DNA of 64,000 nt from an uncultured archaeon (GTDB taxonomy: Archaea; Aenigmatarchaeota; Aenigmatarchaeia; PWEA01; JAGHBM01): positions 115,882 through 179,881 of the forward strand of contig CAZOZN010000001.1 in assembly GCA_964584335.1 (NCBI GenBank), in the 5' to 3' direction. Of the stretch, positions 1 to 7,450 are shown in pieces (the first letter of the stretch is position 1; each line of letters starts with the position of its first letter). Under the pieces are notes generated by a model. That model was not told the origin of the DNA. It worked only from the letters and a program-made list of their open reading frames with translations, and did no database searches. The translations under genes were made by a program, and so were the position numbers.

Positions 1-97
1 CAATTTCAACAACAACAAGCACCTTTACAACAATACCCACAACAATTTCAACAACAACAAGCACCTTTACAACAATACCCACAACAATTTCAACAAC
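1..97 (+). repeat. 42-bp tandem repeat (2 full copies plus a partial) encoding a Thr/Ser linker
   Basis: caatttcaacaacaacaagcacctttacaacaatacccacaa occurs at 1-42 and 43-84, with a partial copy from 85. Confidence 0.9.
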
Positions 98-572
98 CAC
101 GTCAACAGTTTCCACAACAACGACAGTCTGTCCTCCTAATTGCGATTGGTCTCACTGTTCTTCTCCCAATTGCCTATGTCCATCTGGAGAGGGAGACTGT
201 GATGTTGATTCCGATTGCCAGACCGGATTGATTTGCTGTAGGGACGAGGACATAGGTACAGATGTCGGAACGCTCTACGGATGTGCTTCGGGAATAGATA
301 TATGCCTTACAAGCGCTTCCTGTTCAGCAATAACTACTACATCCTCAACAACGTCCACAATTTCAACAACATCCTCAACAACGTCTACTACATCCACATC
401 AACCACATCCACAACTTCAACCACCTCGACGACATCCACCACTTCCACCTCCGTTACGACAACCAGTACGATACCTCCCGGATTCCAGTGGTATGGTGTT
501 GTGACTGTTACTGGTCCGGGATGCATGGACGAGGTATATAATATAGCATTACAAGTGGTGATACCACCATAG
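1..572 (+). CDS. 5'-truncated Ser/Thr-rich, Cys-rich surface protein (C-terminal part)
   Basis: Frame 3 is open from position 3 (ISTTTSTFTTIPTT...VCPPNCDWSHCSSPNCLCPSGEGDCDVDSDCQTGLICC...) to TAG at 570-572. The Thr/Ser linker plus Cys module design matches 43337 and 45633. Confidence 0.8.
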   Translation, partial: ISTTTSTFTTIPTTISTTTSTFTTIPTTISTTTSTVSTTTTVCPPNCDWSHCSSPNCLCPSGEGDCDVDSDCQTGLICCRDEDIGTDVGTLYGCASGIDICLTSASCSAITTTSSTTSTISTTSSTTSTTSTSTTSTTSTTSTTSTTSTSVTTTSTIPPGFQWYGVVTVTGPGCMDEVYNIALQVVIPP

Positions 573-583
573 GTGATTAAAAA

Positions 584-949
584 ATGAATAATAAAGGTGT
601 CGCAAACATAATAGCAATTGTATTACTTCTTATGTTAGTTTTTGGTGTATCAACAAGTTATGTGCTAACTACGGAACAGCCCGTAAGTGATATGAAAAGC
701 TCTGCAGAAGAAAGTGAACAAGAGCAGACAGAATCCATGTTATCTAGTTTTCAGATTATAAACATCACTGTGGATTATACAGACGTTAATTCTTCTCCAA
801 ATGTTACAATAAAGAACAATGGAAAAGTTGATTTGGATACTTCCGAGTTCTCTATATATCTGGATGGAAATAGATATGATTTGGTTCCTTACGGTACTGA
901 TGATTATGTAGGTCCCGGAGAAAAGTTCACTTTTAGAATAAAAGGATAG
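584..949 (+). CDS. Archaeal type IV pilin-like protein (class III signal peptide)
   Basis: MNNKG|VANIIAIVLLLMLVFG followed by IKNNG..LDTSEFSIYLDG..PGE, matching the N-domain of 43337 and 45633. SD AGGTGA upstream. Confidence 0.75.
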   Translation: MNNKGVANIIAIVLLLMLVFGVSTSYVLTTEQPVSDMKSSAEESEQEQTESMLSSFQIINITVDYTDVNSSPNVTIKNNGKVDLDTSEFSIYLDGNRYDLVPYGTDDYVGPGEKFTFRIKG

Positions 950-996
950 AGATAAAACTAGATAAAACAAAAATAGAAAATAAAATTAAATATATT

Positions 997-1290
997 TTAT
1001 TTTGCCAGGCTGATGTCGATAGTTGAAACGTTTATTTTGTCTCCTTCTTCTGTTTTTATTTCGTCTGTTCCTATGTTTATTCCTTTTATGTTCGCGTCTT
1101 CTGCAAACCTGTTTCTTGTTATTTCAGCCACGTCAACAGCTTTTGATATAGCTTTTCCTCTTGCTTTTATGTGAACTTCTTTTAGCCCGCTGTTAAATTG
1201 TGTTACGCAAGCAAGTACATAAGACATTGTAGGTTTTTTACCCACGAATATCATGTTTTCGTCTGCTTTTTTGTTTTCTTTTTCTGCCAT
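997..1290 (-). CDS. albA: DNA/RNA-binding protein Alba
   Basis: [37 protein letters not shown]. Start moved to ATG 1290, behind SD GGAGGTG. Confidence 0.95.
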   Translation of the reverse strand: MAEKENKKADENMIFVGKKPTMSYVLACVTQFNSGLKEVHIKARGKAISKAVDVAEITRNRFAEDANIKGINIGTDEIKTEEGDKINVSTIDISLAK

Positions 1291-1416
1291 TTTTTGCACC
1301 TCCTTTAGGTGAAAAAATACGAAACAAAAAGTTTCTGTATCTTTACACCACGCTTTTTTCTGTATCTGTGTTACAAGTAATATAAATAAACTGCAGAAAT
1401 ATTTAAAGATTGGTAA

Positions 1417-1710
1417 TCATCTGTTCATCTTACAGCATTCTTCCTTTATTATGTCGTCATCGTTTGTGTCTATGGCACAGTATGCTATACTCTCGTTTAT
1501 GTAACCGTCTATAACCGGCATTATGTGTGCACCTACTTTGCATCCACCATCGGTCATAAACTTAAGACAACCCTGTCTGAATTCCTTTTGACATCTTAGA
1601 GTTTCTTCACCGGGTTTTACTGTATTGCTTATGAACAGTACAATCAATACTAAAGCTATTGCAGATATAACTAAAAGAAATACTGTATTGAATATAATTC
1701 CCTTTTTCAT
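1417..1710 (-). CDS. Small Cys-rich pilin-like protein, family B
   Basis: MKKG| plus hydrophobic helix; NT.KPG.ETLRC...F...C.KF...GGC...PV.DGYINES.A.CAI...CC is shared with 5844..6146. Confidence 0.75.
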   Translation of the reverse strand: MKKGIIFNTVFLLVISAIALVLIVLFISNTVKPGEETLRCQKEFRQGCLKFMTDGGCKVGAHIMPVIDGYINESIAYCAIDTNDDDIIKEECCKMNR

Positions 1711-1722
1711 TTTATCACCAAC

Positions 1723-3099
1723 CTACATGCATGCACATAATCTATTTCTAAAAGATGCTGTTCCACTGCACCAATTATCAGCTGAAATAAGGTCAAGTAT
1801 TGACGTTGGGTTATAGTAATTACATGTTGTTCCAACGTAAAAAGGAGGTGTTTGTATAAATGGAAAACTGAATCCGATGCAACTGTTGCAAGTTATTCCA
1901 AGATTTTCATGCAGCTCACACGCTACAGTACTGTTTTTTGGTAGTCTGCCCCATTCAGGAGCTTTGCATAAGTACTGGGTTCCATCTGATGCGTGCGTTT
2001 TCCCTTCGCATATTGAATTACATTCCCCACTGTCTCCAATAAACCAGCACCTTCCATACATCCATACTCCCCCGGCGTCATAGCAATCTTTGTTTATGCA
2101 AGTTTCCCCCAGACAGCATGATTTTCTGTCAGAATTCCAGTACCAGTTTTCAGATACGGGGTTTCCGGCCTCATCATATACTTTATGGCCATCCGGTCCC
2201 TTAACAAGACCGCTTGGTGGACAACAAACGTAAGCAGTGACAGATAAATTGCCTTCATACATTCTATAGCTTTTTCTATCGCAATATGTGAACATTGATG
2301 TTGTATCGTAGCCGCATCTTTCTTCCTTGTTAGATGACGAGCAAGCACCAGGGTTTGCATCTATATCAGTAAGTACCATATCCCAGAAATAACTGTTTAC
2401 AAGCAATTCTTCGTCGGGTTTCATCTTATAGCCTATTATATACTTGTCTATTTGGTCTGCGGTGTTAGCATAATGTCTGTAGTCTCTGTAACAATCAAAA
2501 GTCAGGGGCCATACCGTAACTGTACTTGCGCTCCTTGCTCCGTTAGTTAAACCGCATTTGTATGTAAATATTTTGTTTTGGTCAATAAACTGTTGGTTTA
2601 TGACAGGGTCTGAAAAGTTGAACTTGTACCATCCTCTGTTCTCTTTTGAGACTCCGACTGGAAGTGGTATTGGCAATCCAATCCAGTAAATATATGGGTC
2701 CTCACAACCGTCCCTTGCCCACTGTGTTCTTATGAAAGAATAAAGAAGACAACCCGATCCGGTCTCGTGGGAACCCGGAACATTGCATGTTATTGGAACA
2801 TCTGTGATGTGTGCGGTTCTTTGTGATGCTCCTCCAAAATTATTATTATATACAGTAACTTCTACGGGTTCCTTTGACCTTCTGTTTTCCCCGACGCAAA
2901 ATTCAAAAACTTCTTCATCCTTTCTTTCTGTGGCATTTTGTGCTTCTTCTATCGCTATGTCAACCTGACCTCCTATGTCTGATTGCTCGACAACTAGAAA
3001 ACCGCCAGCAATTATAAACAAAACCATTATCATGGTTGCCACTAAGGTAATTGGTATAGTATTACCTTTTTTACTGTAATTTGTTTTATTCACAAGCAC
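1723..3099 (-). CDS. Cys-rich pilin-like adhesin, family A (start may be GTG 3093)
   Basis: SKKG|NTIPITLVATMIMVLFII; CNVPG motif; YxCCP..G...W.W..CC...GGxWxYGxCWF block; ends RLCACM. Confidence 0.75.
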   Translation of the reverse strand: MLVNKTNYSKKGNTIPITLVATMIMVLFIIAGGFLVVEQSDIGGQVDIAIEEAQNATERKDEEVFEFCVGENRRSKEPVEVTVYNNNFGGASQRTAHITDVPITCNVPGSHETGSGCLLYSFIRTQWARDGCEDPYIYWIGLPIPLPVGVSKENRGWYKFNFSDPVINQQFIDQNKIFTYKCGLTNGARSASTVTVWPLTFDCYRDYRHYANTADQIDKYIIGYKMKPDEELLVNSYFWDMVLTDIDANPGACSSSNKEERCGYDTTSMFTYCDRKSYRMYEGNLSVTAYVCCPPSGLVKGPDGHKVYDEAGNPVSENWYWNSDRKSCCLGETCINKDCYDAGGVWMYGRCWFIGDSGECNSICEGKTHASDGTQYLCKAPEWGRLPKNSTVACELHENLGITCNSCIGFSFPFIQTPPFYVGTTCNYYNPTSILDLISADNWCSGTASFRNRLCACM

Positions 3100-4633
3100 A
3101 AAATCTCCTCAGAGCCGCATTTGAACTTGAACAATCGTAATCGTCGACTGGTACGGCAGCGTATAATTCATAATCAAAATATCTACAGTTACCACTTGTT
3201 TCGTATGGAGCAAAGTTTACTGATGGAGAGCAGCTGGTACAATCAAACCCGAATTTTCTGTGCAGTTCACAGTTCTTGGGTACTCTTTCCCAGTGAGTCG
3301 CGTTAACGCAAGTATAATTTTCACCATTTTTTAACTGATGGTCGTTACAGACTTCTTCACAACTCTGTCCAGGCGTTCCGTTAAACCAGCATTCACCGTA
3401 CATCCATTTACCACCTTCTTCTATACAAGGCAAGTTCTTGCAGCCTCTTTCCAGACAACAGGCATTTTTATCTTCTTTCCATTTCCATTTTTCCTCTATT
3501 GGATTGCCGCTTTCATCGTATATCAAACTATCGTTCGCAGTTTTTATTGGTCCGCTTTCGGGACAACAATAATAACCCTTTACTTTAAATTCCCAGTCGT
3601 AGAAAGTCTCGCTCGACGTGTAATCATCCAGGCTGCAGTAATACCAGTTTATTTCTGGGTCCATTTCACATATCTCTCTTATAGTGCTGTTAGAATTAAT
3701 GCATCTTAGTATGCTTTCTTTTTGAAGCCCGCAGAAATAACTGTTTATTAAGGATTTGTTTTCGGATGGAACAAATACTGACATTACATCAAAATTATCA
3801 AATACGTCCGCACTGTATGTATTATTATAGAAACAGTTTCTCAAATCTTCTCCCAGGTACATTTTACAGTCCCTTAATACAATAAGTGCATATTTTTCAC
3901 CTTCTTTTATTGAGTCTACTAGTTCCCATGTCCCAAGTGCAGCGTTCCAGTGTTCTATTTTATTTCCAGTACTGGCTCCTATCAAATAATTATCATAGTT
4001 TGTTGCTTCTGTCCAATTGTATTTTACTCCGTCAGCTTCAAACATAAGCCTGTTTTTATGTATTTCTCCATGGAAATTCGAGAAAAAATTAGTCCAGTCG
4101 TCTCTTGATGTTGGCCAAGCAAGATATGAGGCATTTTCTGTCTTTTCAAGGAATAATCCATTTTGAGGTTTTCCCGGGCTGCAGGGGTAGGTATAATTGA
4201 ATCCTATTCTGGGTTTGGTAAAATTGAATTTAATCCAGCCGATATTTTCTTTCTCATCACAACCGTCCATTACTTTTTGTTTTCTTTCCAATGATTCTAT
4301 GACACAGCCCGAGTCAGGTTCGCTAGTTCCCGGGACATTGCATTCAAATGATATGTTTTCTATATTGTAAAACATGGGAGCAGTTATTACGCTGTTTGCG
4401 TTTCCCTTTTCTTTGTAGAGTACTCTGTGGCTGGATTGTCTGTTTAATCCGTTGCATACGTAAAGAGTTTCTACAAATTCCTCCTCTTTTGTTTCCTCGA
4501 ATGAAGTCTCTGTTGTGCCTGTAAAATCCGAGATACCGACAAAAGCGAATATAACTGTTATTAAGATTAAAACAACAATCATCGTTATTACTGTTGAAAT
4601 TGATGTTATTTCTCCTTTTTTGTTTTTTTTCAT
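3086..4633 (-). CDS. Cys-rich pilin-like adhesin, family A
   Basis: MKKNKKG|EITSISTVITMIVVLILI (ATG 4633); CNVPG; YYCCPESGP...GGKWMYGECWF; ends RFCACE. Confidence 0.75.
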   Translation of the reverse strand: MKKNKKGEITSISTVITMIVVLILITVIFAFVGISDFTGTTETSFEETKEEEFVETLYVCNGLNRQSSHRVLYKEKGNANSVITAPMFYNIENISFECNVPGTSEPDSGCVIESLERKQKVMDGCDEKENIGWIKFNFTKPRIGFNYTYPCSPGKPQNGLFLEKTENASYLAWPTSRDDWTNFFSNFHGEIHKNRLMFEADGVKYNWTEATNYDNYLIGASTGNKIEHWNAALGTWELVDSIKEGEKYALIVLRDCKMYLGEDLRNCFYNNTYSADVFDNFDVMSVFVPSENKSLINSYFCGLQKESILRCINSNSTIREICEMDPEINWYYCSLDDYTSSETFYDWEFKVKGYYCCPESGPIKTANDSLIYDESGNPIEEKWKWKEDKNACCLERGCKNLPCIEEGGKWMYGECWFNGTPGQSCEEVCNDHQLKNGENYTCVNATHWERVPKNCELHRKFGFDCTSCSPSVNFAPYETSGNCRYFDYELYAAVPVDDYDCSSSNAALRRFCACE

Positions 4634-4637
4634 TTTA

Positions 4638-5819
4638 TCACTTACAAGAGCAGATTCTTTCATTTCCTAACGCACTGCCATCACACCAATTAGTGACAAA
4701 GTAGTCATTTTGCCAGTAGCAGTTACCACCGCTTACATAAGGTGGTCTTGCCGACGCGCTTGATTGACAGTTTGCAGAACAACCGAAACCTAATATTTTA
4801 TGTAGAGTACAGTCTGTCGGTATTCTTCTCCAATCTGGTGTGACACACTGGAAATTCGAACCGTCTGAATGTTGATGCGAGTTGCATACATTTGTGCATG
4901 TGCTTGTTCCCGAAAACCAACAAGTTCCGTAGGCCCATTTGCCTCCCAGGTCCTCGCATTCATAGTAGTTAGTGCAAGTTTCGTTTACACAACAAATCTG
5001 CAGTTCTGTATCCCATCTCCAATCCTCTCTAACTGGCGTTCCGTTGATTGTTATATAAATTCCATTTATATCCTTAACTGGACCGGCCTCTGGACAGCAG
5101 TAATATCCACCCGCTATGAAAGTCCAGTTATAAAATCTTGTATTGTCTACCTCGTTGCAGTAGTTTCCCTTGTTTGGTTGTTCCTCGCAGTAGTCATCTG
5201 TTATAGGGCTGCCGGTGCAGGAACCAATATATCTTGTCATTAAAGCAAATTTTGTTTTTACCGTGGCACTCTCTCCGCTGGGTACCGATACTATCTGACC
5301 AAAACTGTCGTAGGAGTCTCTCATGTCTTTTTTCCAGCTGGTTTTTTTAACTGCACCATCATTATAATTGTCATGGTTCCATACACATGTGAACTCGAAT
5401 CTTCTTTTTTTGGGAGGATTTAAAAATTCAAAGCTGTAATATCCCCTGTCATCATCACTGTGCCCTTTATCACCTACTTCCTGGCCGAGGAAGAATGAAT
5501 CGAATACACATGAACCGATTCCCGAACCCGGCACATTACATTGAACTTCAAATATGTTTGTAACGTTAGAATCCGGCGCCATCCACCCACCATAACCACC
5601 TTCTTCTTTGTACATATTTCTCTGAAAATCAGACAATACCCCATCACATATCTCGAATCTCTGTTCAGTGAAGTTTTTTATTTGTTGAGTACGGTTTTTT
5701 ATTTCTTCCGAGCCCTGGGTTGCATCCTGCGACTGGTATAGAATTATACTCATCACAATCATAATTATTGTAATGACTAGGATAATTATTGTGTGGAAGG
5801 GTACGTCTCCTTTTGGCAT
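4638..5819 (-). CDS. Cys-rich pilin-like adhesin, family A
   Basis: MPKG|DVPFHTIIILVITII; CNVPG; YYCCPEAGP...GGKWAYGTCWF; ends RICSCK. Confidence 0.75.
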   Translation of the reverse strand: MPKGDVPFHTIIILVITIIMIVMSIILYQSQDATQGSEEIKNRTQQIKNFTEQRFEICDGVLSDFQRNMYKEEGGYGGWMAPDSNVTNIFEVQCNVPGSGIGSCVFDSFFLGQEVGDKGHSDDDRGYYSFEFLNPPKKRRFEFTCVWNHDNYNDGAVKKTSWKKDMRDSYDSFGQIVSVPSGESATVKTKFALMTRYIGSCTGSPITDDYCEEQPNKGNYCNEVDNTRFYNWTFIAGGYYCCPEAGPVKDINGIYITINGTPVREDWRWDTELQICCVNETCTNYYECEDLGGKWAYGTCWFSGTSTCTNVCNSHQHSDGSNFQCVTPDWRRIPTDCTLHKILGFGCSANCQSSASARPPYVSGGNCYWQNDYFVTNWCDGSALGNERICSCK

Positions 5820-5843
5820 TTTTTCATCTCTTTAAACGATGAT

Positions 5844-6146
5844 TTACTCTGAATCCATGTTACAACATGCTACCGTAACGTTACCGTCGTCAGTTTTACC
5901 TATGGCGCATTCGGCGACACTTTCATTGATGTATCCATCGGTTACGGGCAGAAGAGTTGATTCGTCAAGACACCCACCAGCAGTCAAAAATTTGTTGCAT
6001 TGTGTTCTGAAGGCGGTCGAACACCTGAGTGTTTCCCCGCCGGGTTTAAGAGTATTTGCTATTAGTATGATTATAGCCAAAAAAACCATTACAACGATGG
6101 CTAGCTTTATTATTGTTTCTATATGTATTGATCCTTTTTCGTTCAT
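5844..6146 (-). CDS. Small Cys-rich pilin-like protein, family B
   Basis: MNEKG| plus hydrophobic helix; clear paralog of 1417..1710. Confidence 0.75.
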   Translation of the reverse strand: MNEKGSIHIETIIKLAIVVMVFLAIIILIANTLKPGGETLRCSTAFRTQCNKFLTAGGCLDESTLLPVTDGYINESVAECAIGKTDDGNVTVACCNMDSE

Positions 6147-6185
6147 TTTTAACCACTTATAATTTATTTTTTTTATTTAAATTGT

Positions 6186-7442
6186 TTATAAACAAGGACA
6201 AAGTCTTTCTCTGTTTCCGCCAGACGGTGCCGCACACCAGGCAGCTTCCCCAACGCTGTAGTCATCCTCGTAGACACAGTTGTTTGTTAATGTGTTTACA
6301 AAAGGTGAGATTAGCCTGTTTCCAAAACCGCTGGGGTTACAGTTGTTACAGTCTATGCCAAACATCTCATGGAATTCGCATCCCCTTTCGACTCTTGCCC
6401 AGTTGTAGTCAGGCATGTCACAAACGTAGTTGGTTCCGTCTTTTCTTGGTCTGCTACTGCATATGGCGTTACATGTACCCGTTCCCTTTATCCAGCATCT
6501 TCCATATCTCCAAACACCCAACTGAACATCTTCACAGTATTGATTTCTGCAGTACATATCAGGGTTATCAGTTTCTATACAACATGTTCCAGCCCCTCCT
6601 ATTCTTGCATGAGTATCATCCCAAACCCATTTTTCTGTTATTTTGTTTCCTCCATCATCTAAAACCAAGTTACCGTCTGTTTTTCTGACCTCTTCTGGTG
6701 GGCATAGTATCCTTCCCTTTGCTTCTATACCCCAACCATAATAATTATGAAACATATTATTCCTGCAATAATCTTTATTGCCACCGCATCTTTCCTTTTT
6801 ACAGCCATCCCATGGAGCAGGTTCATCCATATCCCAATAGTAAATATCTATTTTTGTCTTGTTTGAAGGAGTCGTAACTAACTTTACTTCGTTGGGGTTG
6901 TATTTCCATGTATCTGCAACCCACCTATATCTTCCGTAGCATCCAATTCCGGGATTGCTTCTATCGTCCGAACCCACACAAGAATATTCAAGTACAAGAG
7001 GGTCCGGATGATTATCATGTACTTTAAATTTGAACCATCCTAAGTTTGCCCCCCAAAGTCCTACTTCACATCCGTTTTCTACCCATTGCCAACTTTTTAA
7101 GGAGTCTATTAGACATGCGGTTCCTACTTCATGTGTCGTTAAAGCATCGCAACCCAAGGATACGTTGAATTTATGTAATCTTTTTAGGTTACCCTGGAAA
7201 CTGCCGTCTGGTGTCTTGTTTGTATAAAGTACCATTCTATTTGAAGTTCTTTCGGCTGAAAGACTTCCTTCGCTACCCGTGGCTGGAAATATTACTCCTG
7301 TGTCTTTTGATTCTTCTTCTGCCTGTTCAAGGCTTGCGTCAAAGTTAAAACCCCCAAGAAAAGCCATTGATATGGCCAGAGATAAAATAACCAGCAACAT
7401 CGTTGCCATTGTATGTAGTGCAGATAAACCTTTTTTACTCAT
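6186..7442 (-). CDS. Cys-rich pilin-like adhesin, family A (divergent member)
   Basis: MSKKG|LSALHTMATMLLVIL; EKWVWD..CC..GVWRYGRCWI; ends RLCPCL; SD GGTGAT. Confidence 0.72.
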   Translation of the reverse strand: MSKKGLSALHTMATMLLVILSLAISMAFLGGFNFDASLEQAEEESKDTGVIFPATGSEGSLSAERTSNRMVLYTNKTPDGSFQGNLKRLHKFNVSLGCDALTTHEVGTACLIDSLKSWQWVENGCEVGLWGANLGWFKFKVHDNHPDPLVLEYSCVGSDDRSNPGIGCYGRYRWVADTWKYNPNEVKLVTTPSNKTKIDIYYWDMDEPAPWDGCKKERCGGNKDYCRNNMFHNYYGWGIEAKGRILCPPEEVRKTDGNLVLDDGGNKITEKWVWDDTHARIGGAGTCCIETDNPDMYCRNQYCEDVQLGVWRYGRCWIKGTGTCNAICSSRPRKDGTNYVCDMPDYNWARVERGCEFHEMFGIDCNNCNPSGFGNRLISPFVNTLTNNCVYEDDYSVGEAAWCAAPSGGNRERLCPCL

Positions 7443-7450
7443 TTAATCAC

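Noticed and set aside
1-480. Possible CRISPR array in the CAA/ACA-rich repeats (also 43770-47290)
   Set aside because: The repeats are contiguous, in-frame Thr/Ser codons with no unique spacers, and there are no cas genes in the window.
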